Positions 1-9,974 of a stretch of 64,000 bases of DNA are shown in pieces. Every line of letters starts with the position of its first letter. Position 1 is the first letter of the stretch. The stretch is taken from assembly GCA_045645425.1 (NCBI GenBank), contig JAZRIS010000026.1, forward strand, positions 3,785-67,784, given 5' to 3'. The position numbers were made by a program, and so were the translations under genes. The DNA is from Barnesiella sp. (GTDB lineage: Bacteria; Bacteroidota; Bacteroidia; Bacteroidales; Barnesiellaceae_A). The notes under the pieces are model-generated. The model searched no databases. It saw nothing but the letters and a program-made list of their open reading frames with translations, and had not been told where the DNA came from.

Positions 1-696
1 AACGACTATGTGCGTGCCGGAACACCTCTCTCGGATGGCGCTATTACACCCTCTGACATCTTGTCTATCAAGGGTCCCACAGCCGTACAAGAGTATATTG
101 TAAACGAGGTGCAAGATGTGTACCGCATGCAAGGTGTGAAGATTAACGATAAGCACTTTGAGGTTATTGTACGTCAAATGATGCGTAAAGTTAATATTCT
201 CGATCCGGGTGATACTCGCTTCCTTGAGCAACAAATTGTCGATAAGCGCGAGTTTATGGATGAGAACGATCGTATCTGGGGCAAGAAAGTTGTTGTAGAT
301 GCAGGCGATTCTCAAAACCTCCGTGCCGGACAAATTGTGACTGCCCGTCGTTTGCGTGACGAGAACTCATCATTGAAGCGCCGTGACTTGCGCATTGTTG
401 AGGTACGCGATGCTATACCTGCTACATCGGAGCAAATCTTGCAAGGTATCACTCGTGCCGCATTGCAAACATCAAGCTTCATGTCGGCAGCTTCGTTCCA
501 AGAAACTACCAAGGTGCTCAATGAAGCCGCCATCGTAGGTAAGGTAGATACCCTTGAGGGTATGAAGGAGAACGTAATATGCGGTCACCTCATTCCCGCC
601 GGTACCGGTTTGCGTGAGTACGATCGTCTTGTTGTAGGCTCAAAAGAAGACTTTGAGCGCAGCATGGCCAATCGTAAGACTGTGACTGACTTCTAA
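1..696 (+). CDS. rpoC: DNA-directed RNA polymerase subunit beta-prime, C-terminal fragment (5' end lies upstream of the window)
   Basis: The frame is open from base 1 with no start in the window. The translated tail ([31 protein letters not shown]...[24 protein letters not shown]) is the conserved beta-prime C-terminus. A strong terminator follows. Confidence 0.9.
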   Translation, partial: NDYVRAGTPLSDGAITPSDILSIKGPTAVQEYIVNEVQDVYRMQGVKINDKHFEVIVRQMMRKVNILDPGDTRFLEQQIVDKREFMDENDRIWGKKVVVDAGDSQNLRAGQIVTARRLRDENSSLKRRDLRIVEVRDAIPATSEQILQGITRAALQTSSFMSAASFQETTKVLNEAAIVGKVDTLEGMKENVICGHLIPAGTGLREYDRLVVGSKEDFERSMANRKTVTDF

Positions 697-720
697 TTTT
701 ACTATTAGATACTATATAAA

Positions 721-757
721 AGCGGTGTGCCTCACGATGTGGCACACCGCTTTTTTT
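721..757 (+). terminator. rho-independent terminator after rpoC
   Basis: An 11-bp perfect stem agcggtgtgcc / ggcacaccgct with a 9-nt loop, followed by tttttt. Confidence 0.85.
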
Positions 758-860
758 ACACAATTTATCTCGCTTTCTCTTGAAGCTAAATGGCTGGATA
801 AACGATGTGAAAACTCTGTTATTTTAATTGCCTATTGTTCGTTCATATCACATAAATTGC

Positions 861-868
861 TAACTTTG
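861..868 (+). promoter_or_regulatory. Bacteroides-type -7 promoter box (TAacTTTG) for the fumarate hydratase gene
   Basis: Exact TAnnTTTG match 35 nt upstream of the ATG at 904. Confidence 0.5.
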
Positions 869-903
869 TAGCAATGTAAATAACCCAATAATAAGATATA
901 TTT

Positions 904-2547
904 ATGGCAACAAAACCTTTTAAGTATCAGCCCATGTTTCCTAACGTCAAGCCCGACGAAACAGAGTATTATCTCTTGACCAAGGAACATGTATCAGTGT
1001 CAGAATGTAATGGACGTGAAATGCTTGTTGTAGAGCCCGAGGCTCTTACCCGTCTTGCCAATGCCGCTATGCGCGATGTGTCGTTTATGATGCGTCGTGA
1101 GCACAACGAGATGGTTGCCAAGGTACTGCACGATCCCGAAGCAAGTGATAATGACAAGTTTGTAGCTCTCACTATGTTGCGCAATGCCGAGGTGGCTTGC
1201 AAAGGCGTGTTGCCTTTCTGTCAAGATACCGGTACGGCTATTGTTATGGGTAAGAAGGGTCAGCAAGTGTGGACCGGAGGTGGCGACGAAGAGGCATTGT
1301 CACTCGGCGTTTATAAAACATATACCGAAGAAAATCTCCGTTATTCGCAAAATGCCCCTCTCAACATGTATGATGAGGTAAACACAGGTTGTAATCTCCC
1401 TGCTCAAATCGACCTTTTTGCCGTTGATGGTATGGAGTATAACTTCCTCTTCATTGCCAAGGGTGGTGGCTCGGCCAACAAAACCTATCTATATCAAGAA
1501 ACCAAAGCCCTCATCAATCCCAAGACTCTCGTTCCTTTCCTCGTTGAGAAGATGAAGACCTTGGGTACAGCGGCGTGTCCTCCCTATCACGTTGCTTTTG
1601 TTATCGGTGGTACAAGTGCCGAGACCAACCTCAAAACCGTAAAATTGGCATCGGCCAAGTATTACGACCGCCTTCCCACCGAAGGTAACGAATGGGGACA
1701 AGCCTTCCGCGATGTAGAGTTGGAAAAAGAGGTATTGGCTGCTGCACAAGCATCGGGTTATGGTGCTCAATTTGGTGGTAAATACTTTGCTCACGATATT
1801 CGTATCATTCGTTTGCCTCGTCACGGTGCATCTTGTCCTGTTGGTATGGGTGTATCTTGCTCGGCCGACCGCAATATCAAAGCCAAAATCAATAAGGATG
1901 GTCTGTGGATAGAGAAACTTGACGATCAACCTTCGACACTCATCCCCGAAGAGTTGCGCCAAGCCGGTGAAGGCAATGCCGTGCGCATCGACCTCAATCG
2001 CCCCATGAGCGACATCCTTGCCGAGCTTACCAAGTATCCCGTTGCTACTCGCCTCTCATTGAATGGTACAATTATCGTAGGTCGCGACATCGCGCATGCC
2101 AAGATCAAAGAGCGTCTTGATGCCGGTGAGCCTATGCCCGAGTATCTCAAAAATCACCCCATTTACTATGCCGGTCCTGCCAAGACTCCCGCAGGCATGG
2201 CTTCAGGTTCGTTTGGCCCCACAACTGCCGGTCGTATGGACTCGTATGTCGATCTTTTCCAATCGAATGGTGGCTCTATGGTGATGATTGCCAAGGGCAA
2301 CCGCAGCCAACAAGTTACCGATGCTTGTCACAAGCATGGCGGTTTCTATCTTGGTAGTATCGGTGGCCCCGCTGCAATCTTGGCGCAAAACAGTATCAAG
2401 AAGGTAGAGTGCTTGGAGTATCCCGAGTTGGGTATGGAGGCTATATGGAAAATCGAGGTAGAAGACTTCCCCGCATTTATCCTTGTAGATGACAAAGGAA
2501 ATGACTTCTTTAAGCAAATCAAGCCTACTTGCCCCGGCAAGTGCTGA
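904..2547 (+). CDS. class I (Fe-S) fumarate hydratase
   Basis: 547 aa. Contains [12 protein letters not shown] and a C-terminal GPTTAGRMD...GNRS region, typical of fused alpha/beta class I fumarases. Confidence 0.9.
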   Translation: MATKPFKYQPMFPNVKPDETEYYLLTKEHVSVSECNGREMLVVEPEALTRLANAAMRDVSFMMRREHNEMVAKVLHDPEASDNDKFVALTMLRNAEVACKGVLPFCQDTGTAIVMGKKGQQVWTGGGDEEALSLGVYKTYTEENLRYSQNAPLNMYDEVNTGCNLPAQIDLFAVDGMEYNFLFIAKGGGSANKTYLYQETKALINPKTLVPFLVEKMKTLGTAACPPYHVAFVIGGTSAETNLKTVKLASAKYYDRLPTEGNEWGQAFRDVELEKEVLAAAQASGYGAQFGGKYFAHDIRIIRLPRHGASCPVGMGVSCSADRNIKAKINKDGLWIEKLDDQPSTLIPEELRQAGEGNAVRIDLNRPMSDILAELTKYPVATRLSLNGTIIVGRDIAHAKIKERLDAGEPMPEYLKNHPIYYAGPAKTPAGMASGSFGPTTAGRMDSYVDLFQSNGGSMVMIAKGNRSQQVTDACHKHGGFYLGSIGGPAAILAQNSIKKVECLEYPELGMEAIWKIEVEDFPAFILVDDKGNDFFKQIKPTCPGKC

Positions 2548-2574
2548 TAAATGATATATTTTATCTACATTCGA

Positions 2575-2608
2575 CGCTTTCGAGATATTTCTCGAAGGCG
2601 TTTTTTTT
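2575..2608 (+). terminator. rho-independent terminator after the fumarate hydratase gene
   Basis: Stem cgctttcgaga / tctcgaaggcg (one G-U pair), loop tatt, then tttttttt. Confidence 0.8.
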
Positions 2609-2757
2609 ATTGAAGATGTAAATTTTTTACTTCTATAACGCTTTATCGCTATCATCTTTGCGAGAGATTATGTACATTTGCATAATGATGTTAATTGCCT
2701 CATTGTGTGCCCATGCAAGGGGCCGATGGGTAAGAATTAATAAAAACATATAGTAAC

Positions 2758-3339
2758 GTGAATGTCGATAAAATACGAGTCGAGGTATTGGGAATAACAT
2801 ATAGCAACGTGCAGCAGGGTGCTTATGTGTTATTGTTGGCCGAAGAGGGTGGCTCTCGTCGCATACCCATCGTGGTGGGTACTGCCGAGGCACAGGCCAT
2901 AGCCATACAAATGGAAAAACTCACACCTCCTCGTCCTATGACACACGATCTGATGGTGAGTATCATGAAGCACTATGATGTGCAATCGCAAGAGGTCAAT
3001 ATCTATCGTTTTGAAAATGGTATATTTTACTCGACACTCACATTGAGCCGCGATGGGCATATCGAAGTGATAGACTCTCGCACATCGGATGCTATTGCCT
3101 TGGCATTGCGCACACAAGCACCCATTTACATCGCTGCATCGGTTGTGCAGCAGACCGCTTTTGAAGCATCACAAATTGAGAAAAAAGAAAATACCGATAA
3201 TGTATCGTCGGTGGCGCATGACAACCTCGATGAAATGACCGATGCCGAGTTGCAAGCTCGCATAGAGCGTGCCGTGGCAGTAGAGGCATATGAAGAGGCG
3301 GCCATGATACAGCAAATATTACAGAAAAGAAAATTATAA
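2758..3339 (+). CDS. bifunctional nuclease family protein (DUF151-like with a C-terminal UVR-like helix)
   Basis: 193 aa with a GTG start. The IPIVVGTAEAQAIAIQMEKLTPPRPMTHDLM core is typical of the family. An exact TAcaTTTG box lies at 2673-2680. Confidence 0.7.
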   Translation: MNVDKIRVEVLGITYSNVQQGAYVLLLAEEGGSRRIPIVVGTAEAQAIAIQMEKLTPPRPMTHDLMVSIMKHYDVQSQEVNIYRFENGIFYSTLTLSRDGHIEVIDSRTSDAIALALRTQAPIYIAASVVQQTAFEASQIEKKENTDNVSSVAHDNLDEMTDAELQARIERAVAVEAYEEAAMIQQILQKRKL

Positions 3340-3360
3340 ATCACAAAAAATATATGTCGT

Positions 3361-4587
3361 ATGAAAAACATTAAGTTTCGTCTTATCGTGATGAACTTCC
3401 TGCAATATGGAGTGTGGGGAGCTTGGCTCATCTCTTTGGGCGCCTACTTGGGTGGAAGTCTGCAATTTACAGGTTTGCAGATAGGTAGCTTTTTTGCAAC
3501 TATGGGTATAGCTTCGCTGTTTATGCCTGCCCTGATGGGTGTTGTTGCCGACCGTTGGATTCCCGCACAACGATTGTTGGGTATCTTGCACCTTTTGAGT
3601 GCACTTTGCATGATATATGCCGCCACACAAACCGAATATACAACGCTCTATGCAGCAGTGTTGATGGGTGTTATATTTTATATGCCTACCATTTCCATGT
3701 CTAACACGGTGGCCTATAATGCACTCACAAAGAGTGGATTGGATACGGTTAAGGATTTTCCTCCTATCCGTGTATGGGGTACGGTAGGTTTTATTTGCTC
3801 GATGATTGCCGTAGATTTGCTCGGCTTTGCTCAAAGTGCCAATCAACTCTATTTCTCGGCTGCGTTGGGTATCATCTTGGGACTCTATTCGTTTACCTTG
3901 CCTCATTGTCAAGTAAGTAAGAAAGCTCCTGAGGGTAATTGGGTAGATGCCTTGGGCTTGCGTGCCTTTGCCTTGTTTAAGGAGAAACGCATGGCCGTTT
4001 TCTTCATTTTCTCCATGTTCTTGGGTGTATCGTTGCAGATAACCAATGCCTTTGCCAACAGCTATCTTACCAACCACTTCGGTGCCATATCGGAGTATGC
4101 CGGCACATTTGGTGTTGAGCATGCCAATATACTCATTTCGCTCTCTCAGTTGAGCGAAACACTCTGTATCTTGCTTATACCCTTCTTCTTGAAACGCTAT
4201 GGTATCAAGAATGTGATGCTCATCAGTATGTTTGCATGGGTATTGCGCTTTGCTCTCTTGGGCTTGGGCGATCCCGGTGCGGGTGTATGGATGCTCATTC
4301 TCTCTATGATTGTATATGGTGTAGCTTTTGACTTCTTCAATATTTCGGGCTCGCTATATGTCGAGAAAGAAACATCGCCTGCCATCCGCGCAAGTGCACA
4401 GGGCGTATTTATGATGATGACCAACGGATTGGGTGCTACCATCGGCTCGTATGCAGCCGGAAAGGTAGTAGATATGTATGGTTGGCCCAACTCGTGGTTT
4501 ATCTTCGCCGGATATGCTCTTATAGTGGCTACTTTGTTTGCCATTGTTTTCCGTTACAAACACAATCCCGAAGAAACACAAGCATAA
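3361..4587 (+). CDS. nupG: nucleoside:H+ symporter (NupG/XapB family MFS permease)
   Basis: 408 aa and polytopic. The N-terminus FLQYGVWGAWLISLGAYL...FMPALMGVVADRW closely parallels E. coli NupG. Confidence 0.8.
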   Translation: MKNIKFRLIVMNFLQYGVWGAWLISLGAYLGGSLQFTGLQIGSFFATMGIASLFMPALMGVVADRWIPAQRLLGILHLLSALCMIYAATQTEYTTLYAAVLMGVIFYMPTISMSNTVAYNALTKSGLDTVKDFPPIRVWGTVGFICSMIAVDLLGFAQSANQLYFSAALGIILGLYSFTLPHCQVSKKAPEGNWVDALGLRAFALFKEKRMAVFFIFSMFLGVSLQITNAFANSYLTNHFGAISEYAGTFGVEHANILISLSQLSETLCILLIPFFLKRYGIKNVMLISMFAWVLRFALLGLGDPGAGVWMLILSMIVYGVAFDFFNISGSLYVEKETSPAIRASAQGVFMMMTNGLGATIGSYAAGKVVDMYGWPNSWFIFAGYALIVATLFAIVFRYKHNPEETQA

Positions 4588-4599
4588 GAAAAAGAACAA

Positions 4600-5316
4600 A
4601 TGCACCTCTTTTATACCCCCGATATTGCCGATACGCTCACACTTCCCGAGGTGGAAAGTGGGCATTGTGTGCGGGTGTTGCGATTGAGCGAGGGCGACGA
4701 GATAGGGCTTATTGATGGCCAAGGAACGTTCTACCGCGCCGAGATAACATTGGCACACAACAAGCGTTGCGGAGTGCGCATCATCGAAGCATGCAAGCAG
4801 CCTGCTCATTGGAGCGGAGAGATAGAGATAGCGATTGCTCCTACCAAAAATCTCGACCGCATTGAGTGGTTTGCCGAAAAAACCACCGAAATGGGTATCG
4901 ATGCTATTGTGCCTCTGTTGTGTCGCTTTTCCGAGCGCAAGGAGATGAAGAGGGAGCGCATAGAGAAGATACTTGTATCGGCCATGAAGCAGAGCCTCAA
5001 AGCCGTATTGCCGCGACTCGAAGAGATGACTCCCTTTGAGCAATATGTCAAGGAGGAGTATGATGGACAAAAGTTTATAGCCCACTGTCATGCCGAGAGT
5101 GAGCGACAACTTCTATCACAATGTTACACTCCGGGCTCGCGAGTGCGTGTGCTCATTGGTCCCGAGGGCGATTTCAGTCCGGAGGAGGTGGAGCTTGCAC
5201 TTGCCAACGGCTATCGTCCTGTTTCATTGGGCGCTTCTCGCCTACGCACCGAAACAGCCGGTGTCGTTGCTTGTCACACGATACATACGCTCAACGAGAT
5301 AGCTTCTCTCGAATAA
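4600..5316 (+). CDS. rsmE: 16S rRNA (uracil1498-N3)-methyltransferase
   Basis: 238 aa with an MHLFY N-terminus and the C-terminal LIGPEGDFSPEE ... LG.RLRTETA SPOUT motif. Confidence 0.8.
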   Translation: MHLFYTPDIADTLTLPEVESGHCVRVLRLSEGDEIGLIDGQGTFYRAEITLAHNKRCGVRIIEACKQPAHWSGEIEIAIAPTKNLDRIEWFAEKTTEMGIDAIVPLLCRFSERKEMKRERIEKILVSAMKQSLKAVLPRLEEMTPFEQYVKEEYDGQKFIAHCHAESERQLLSQCYTPGSRVRVLIGPEGDFSPEEVELALANGYRPVSLGASRLRTETAGVVACHTIHTLNEIASLE

Positions 5317-5337
5317 TTATAGAAAAACAAGAAAAAG

Positions 5338-6930
5338 ATGAAGATAACATTTCGCACACTGCTTGCACTTCTCTGTGTCATACCTACAATGGCCATGGCG
5401 CAAGATGGCAACTACATGAATAACCCTATGGTGCGTGTCGTATTGGAAACATACGCACAAATGTTGCAGGAAAATCCACAAGATTATGCCGCCTATTTCA
5501 ATCGTGCCAAGGAGTATTATCGTTATGGCGATTATACGCGCGCCATGGATGACCTCAATGAGGCCATACGCTATTTCCCTCGTCAAGAGGCATCGGATCT
5601 CTCGCAGGCATATACGATACGTGGATTGATATATCAAATGCAAGGCGATAATATGAAGGCGCTTGCCGACTTTAATGAGGCGCTTGTTTTGGAGCCTACA
5701 TCGAGATTTTCGCTCATAAGCCGTGCCGACCTGCTTCGTGATATGGGCGACTATGTGCATGCCAAGGAAGATTATCAACTATTGTTGCGCCGTGATGTGC
5801 GCTCGCAGGAGGCATACTTGGGACTTGCTATTGTTGCTTATAAAGAGAATAATATGGGCGTGTGCCACGATAACTTGGCCAAGGCCCAAACGGCCAATCC
5901 TTCCAATGCCGACTTCTACCTTGCAAGAGCAGCCATATATGAAGAGATGGGCGAGTGGCGTTTGGCAGCCGACGACTATGTGATGGCTATGATGTATGGC
6001 GAAAATCGTCGCTCGGTAGCGGCTATCAACAGGCTTTCGTCGATAGCCTATGAGCCGGTTGTGGCGGCTCTTTCTACGGCAATAGATACAGCCGAGGAGA
6101 AGGGTTACTACTATTTTATTCGTGGCTCGATACATATGAACAACAATCATTTCACGGCATCGATACAAGACTGGAATACCATTGTAGAGGAGAAATATCT
6201 GCACTATCATGCGGTATATTACAATCGCGGATATTGCTACATGCGTTTGGGACAGTTTGAGTATGCCTTGGATGATATAAGTGCGGCAATAAGAATGAAA
6301 AATGACTTGATGTCATACTATGTTACTCGTAGCAAGTTGCATAGAGTCATGGGCGACTTTGACAAGGCTACCGAAGACTTGTCTATGGCATCGACTTTTG
6401 ATATGACACACGTCGATGTCCTCACACAACGTGCCATGCTTGCCATTGAACAAGGCGACCAAGAGAGTGCCTTGAACTACTACAATGAGGCCATCATGTA
6501 CAAGGCCGACGATGCCATTCTCTATTTGTATCGTGGCGATTTGTGTGCCTTGATGGGCGATGAAGAGGGTGCATTAAGAAACTATAATATTATATTGAGT
6601 TTCTCGGAGGAGTCGCCTAAGTTCTCTTCTTATTACGGATTTGCTTTGGCTCGTGTAGGTAACGTTGTTGAGGCTGAGGCTTGGATGGAGCGTATTATCT
6701 CTTCGATAAAAGGTATTCCCGCTGCCGAGGATTATTATAACGCTGCTTGCTTATATGCTCACACAGGCAATAAAGTGAAAGCATATCAATATCTCGAAAA
6801 GGCACTCAAGGCCGGTTATGGCGATTATTTCAACCTCTATTTTGAGTATGACATGCCTACCTCATTGGCACCGTTGCGCAATGAGCCCGAATATCGCGAA
6901 CTCATCCAAAATTATAAAGAGGTTTTCTAA
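5338..6930 (+). CDS. secreted tetratricopeptide-repeat protein
   Basis: 530 aa. Signal peptide MKITFRTLLALLCVIPTMAMAQ, then many TPR-like A..Y/..A..D repeats. Confidence 0.6.
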   Translation: MKITFRTLLALLCVIPTMAMAQDGNYMNNPMVRVVLETYAQMLQENPQDYAAYFNRAKEYYRYGDYTRAMDDLNEAIRYFPRQEASDLSQAYTIRGLIYQMQGDNMKALADFNEALVLEPTSRFSLISRADLLRDMGDYVHAKEDYQLLLRRDVRSQEAYLGLAIVAYKENNMGVCHDNLAKAQTANPSNADFYLARAAIYEEMGEWRLAADDYVMAMMYGENRRSVAAINRLSSIAYEPVVAALSTAIDTAEEKGYYYFIRGSIHMNNNHFTASIQDWNTIVEEKYLHYHAVYYNRGYCYMRLGQFEYALDDISAAIRMKNDLMSYYVTRSKLHRVMGDFDKATEDLSMASTFDMTHVDVLTQRAMLAIEQGDQESALNYYNEAIMYKADDAILYLYRGDLCALMGDEEGALRNYNIILSFSEESPKFSSYYGFALARVGNVVEAEAWMERIISSIKGIPAAEDYYNAACLYAHTGNKVKAYQYLEKALKAGYGDYFNLYFEYDMPTSLAPLRNEPEYRELIQNYKEVF

Positions 6931-6947
6931 CCTCATGCAGTAAAATG

Positions 6948-6997
6948 AAAAAATGGGCGTACCACAAATAATTGCAATGGTACGCCCTTTGGTTTTT
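6948..6997. terminator. bidirectional terminator between convergent genes
   Basis: 10-bp perfect stem gggcgtacca / tggtacgccc, flanked by aaaaaa upstream and tttggttttt downstream. Confidence 0.75.
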
Positions 6998-7009
6998 AAG
7001 CCGACAATA

Positions 7010-8230
7010 TTATTGATTGAGGATTTTTATCTTGCAAGGTGTTTCCAACTCCTTGCGCCATGCCACAACATGTGCAAACCACTCTTCACTGCTTTTATAC
7101 CCGAAGCTCTCTTTCATTGAAGTAAAGGTAATGTAGTAACGGATAGATGTTGCACCCGGACTACTTACTTGATAGAGGTAGTTGGCCTTGTCTTTCACCT
7201 CGCCAATGATTATCTCTTGGGGTAGGCAGGTGGCCAATCCTACTGTTTCTTTGGCATATTTGATGGTATCATTTACGGGCCAATCTGTTCCCCAGCAGGC
7301 TATCAAACCACGATTGTCACTCATGCTCACCGAGCCTTTTATATCCTGTACTCCGGTGCAGAATATCTCATTGCCCAATGGTTGCGAGAAGATAACATCT
7401 ACTTGCACATCACGATGTTGGCCATACAGTGTGTATCGACAATTCATGTCAAGAAGTTTGCCATTGTATTGCCAATCTTCTACTGCCATCTCGACAATCG
7501 TGCGTATGGGGCCGTAACTTACTATTGTGGCACGACGGTTGCCAACGGGGTCTATGTGTGTGGCTTTTTTCTTTTTCATATCCCAGCCTTTGAGTGTGCC
7601 CACACCGCAACTACCGCTCACGCGCAGTACATCGTCGCCATAGCCTTGTGCCAACTGCTCGTCGTTGGGATACCATCCACTTGGCCCAACCTCAAATCCG
7701 GGGTTAAACTTGCCATATATATCTACCGTTTGTTTGCGGTCGAAGTAGATGCGATAGGCTACCAATTCGCTCTCGAATGCAGGGCCATGATGATGCAGAT
7801 AGTTGTATAAATCGCCTGTTGGCGATGCTATATTGTTGATGGGTGCATGCGGTCTTTTCTTGCTTTTGGTGGCAACGAGCATGTCGGCATATACTTGTGC
7901 CGGGTAGCGGTTGGGCGATGTTGCGGTGTCGCTCAATGCAATGTGTGCCACAATAGTCGATTGTGGTGCGATGTCGATGAGGAATGCTAATTCATCGGCT
8001 CTTTTATCTCCATCAAGGTCGTCTGTTTGAGAGGGTATCTCAAGGTTGTCGATATATACTGTTGCCGATGCAACCTCGATAGGAGCCTCTATCTCGTCGA
8101 TTGCTATTGTTATAGGCACCGCAGTGCGGGCTATATTCATTGTATTGGTTATTTCGATGTCTATGTTGTGTGTTGTGGCAGTTGCTATCAGTGCCACAAA
8201 GTACATGGTGAGTGAGAGCAATCTTTTCAT
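7010..8230 (-). CDS. DUF4861 domain protein (pectin-utilisation associated, function unknown)
   Basis: 406 aa with a signal peptide. The GPAFESELVAYRIYFDRKQTVDIYGK segment resembles the DUF4861 core. It lies directly downstream of the GH28 gene. Confidence 0.55.
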   Translation of the reverse strand: MKRLLSLTMYFVALIATATTHNIDIEITNTMNIARTAVPITIAIDEIEAPIEVASATVYIDNLEIPSQTDDLDGDKRADELAFLIDIAPQSTIVAHIALSDTATSPNRYPAQVYADMLVATKSKKRPHAPINNIASPTGDLYNYLHHHGPAFESELVAYRIYFDRKQTVDIYGKFNPGFEVGPSGWYPNDEQLAQGYGDDVLRVSGSCGVGTLKGWDMKKKKATHIDPVGNRRATIVSYGPIRTIVEMAVEDWQYNGKLLDMNCRYTLYGQHRDVQVDVIFSQPLGNEIFCTGVQDIKGSVSMSDNRGLIACWGTDWPVNDTIKYAKETVGLATCLPQEIIIGEVKDKANYLYQVSSPGATSIRYYITFTSMKESFGYKSSEEWFAHVVAWRKELETPCKIKILNQ

Positions 8231-8238
8231 AGTGCTAT

Positions 8239-9873
8239 TTATTTGAATTTTACAACCCTTTTATCAACACCCTCGGCCAAGGTGGTGTTGGTGTTATCAA
8301 TGTCACATTTGGTAATTGTTATTTTATCGCAGTTCTCTCCAATGTGAGCCGCAGCCGATGTCGCACCCGAGTGTAGCGCTTCGATATAGATGTCGGTAGC
8401 ACCCGAGAGGGTTATAATATCGCCCTTGCGAGGCTCAACGATTGTGTTTTTAATAGTTATGTCATCGGCCTGATTGATAACAATGCCACTCTTGGCATTG
8501 AGTATCGTAACGTTGTCGATAGTAATATTATTGATTTTCATTTCGGGTAAACCATTGAAATACATGGCACGGCCGGCACCTCTACATACGATATTGTTGA
8601 TGTGTATATCTCTGAAAATGGGTGTTTCTTCGCTCACTTCGGGTATTTGATTGGCGGTTTCCTTGCCTTTCTTTCCATAGAAAAGGTCAAAGAGTAGAGG
8701 CTCTTCGGGAATGTTGGTCATGACAATATTTTCGATGTAGATATTCTCTACAACACCACCTCGTCCGCGCGTACTTTTAAATCTCAATCCTACATCGGTG
8801 CCAATAAAACAACAATCTCCAATGTAGATGTTGCGTGCGCCTCCCGACATCTCGCTACCTACAACAAATCCACCGTGTCCATGCAACACTGTGTTGTTGC
8901 GAATGATGACATTCTCACACGGTATGGCACGTTCGCGCCCGTCTTTATCCTTGCCCGACTTGATACATATAGCATCATCGCCGGCATCAAAGGTGCTGTT
9001 GATAATCATCGCATTGCGACATGACTCCAAGTCGAGAGCATCGCCATTCTGTGCATACCATGGGTTGCTCACCTGTACGCCGTCGATAGTGATATGAGTG
9101 CACATGAGGGGGTGCAAGCACCATGCCGGAGAGTTCTTGAAAGTAGTGTTGGCAAGCAGAACAGTGTCGCAAGCGATAAAGTTGAGCAGGGTGGGGCGCA
9201 ACCAACGTTTGATGTTTTCCCATTGCTCGTCGGTGCTGATGTTGTCGGGTACGTTAAAGTCGTAACATGCTTCTGCGCCTTGTCGTGAAGCCTCGGAGGG
9301 ATACCATATATCGCCTTTTTCGTTGGTGATATTGCTCTTTTTGAGCAACTCTTTCCATTGTTTAGATGTTACTTTGCTCTTCTTTACCGGTCGCCAATCC
9401 TCGCCGCAACCATCAAAAGTGCCATGACCCGTGATGGCTATGTTGTGGGCCTTGTATGCATAGAGTGGCGATTGACAGCGACGGGTATTCAATCCCTCAA
9501 ACGAGGTGTCAATAATTTTGTAGGCATCCAAATCGCTTGTAAAGAGTACCAATGCGCCATATTCGCTGTGCAGACACACATTGCTCAATAGCTCAATAGG
9601 GCCGGTGTACCACAGTCCGGCAGGAATGACAACCGTGCCTCCTCCATGAGCATTGACATGTTCGATAGCGGCCTTAAAAGCGTCGGTACACAGGGTATGT
9701 CCGTCACTCACCGCTCCAAAATCGCGAATATCTACCCGATAGTCGGGAAATGAAGGAGTAGCTACACGAGGCATATCAAAAGGTACACCCTCGTACATAT
9801 TATCACTCTCGTGTGCGGTGGCAGTCAAGGCTATTGTTACCAAGAGCAGTGCCCATAAGTAATGTTTTGTCAT
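8239..9873 (-). CDS. glycoside hydrolase family 28 (polygalacturonase-like)
   Basis: 544 aa with a signal peptide. GH28 signature blocks are QNGDALD, AGDDAICIKSG, HGHGGFVVGSE and GLRFKS. Confidence 0.8.
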   Translation of the reverse strand: MTKHYLWALLLVTIALTATAHESDNMYEGVPFDMPRVATPSFPDYRVDIRDFGAVSDGHTLCTDAFKAAIEHVNAHGGGTVVIPAGLWYTGPIELLSNVCLHSEYGALVLFTSDLDAYKIIDTSFEGLNTRRCQSPLYAYKAHNIAITGHGTFDGCGEDWRPVKKSKVTSKQWKELLKKSNITNEKGDIWYPSEASRQGAEACYDFNVPDNISTDEQWENIKRWLRPTLLNFIACDTVLLANTTFKNSPAWCLHPLMCTHITIDGVQVSNPWYAQNGDALDLESCRNAMIINSTFDAGDDAICIKSGKDKDGRERAIPCENVIIRNNTVLHGHGGFVVGSEMSGGARNIYIGDCCFIGTDVGLRFKSTRGRGGVVENIYIENIVMTNIPEEPLLFDLFYGKKGKETANQIPEVSEETPIFRDIHINNIVCRGAGRAMYFNGLPEMKINNITIDNVTILNAKSGIVINQADDITIKNTIVEPRKGDIITLSGATDIYIEALHSGATSAAAHIGENCDKITITKCDIDNTNTTLAEGVDKRVVKFK

Positions 9874-9913
9874 AGCGTAGAGATTAATTGTGGTTGTGTG
9901 TCTTGATGGTGAA

Positions 9914-9951
9914 AATGGCGTATGATAGGGATATTTCCATCATACGCCATT
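9914..9951 (-). terminator. terminator hairpin after yidC
   Basis: 13-bp perfect stem aatggcgtatgat / atcatacgccatt. On the minus strand it is followed by tttc. Confidence 0.6.
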
Positions 9952-9974
9952 ATTACATTCTTTATAGATATAGC

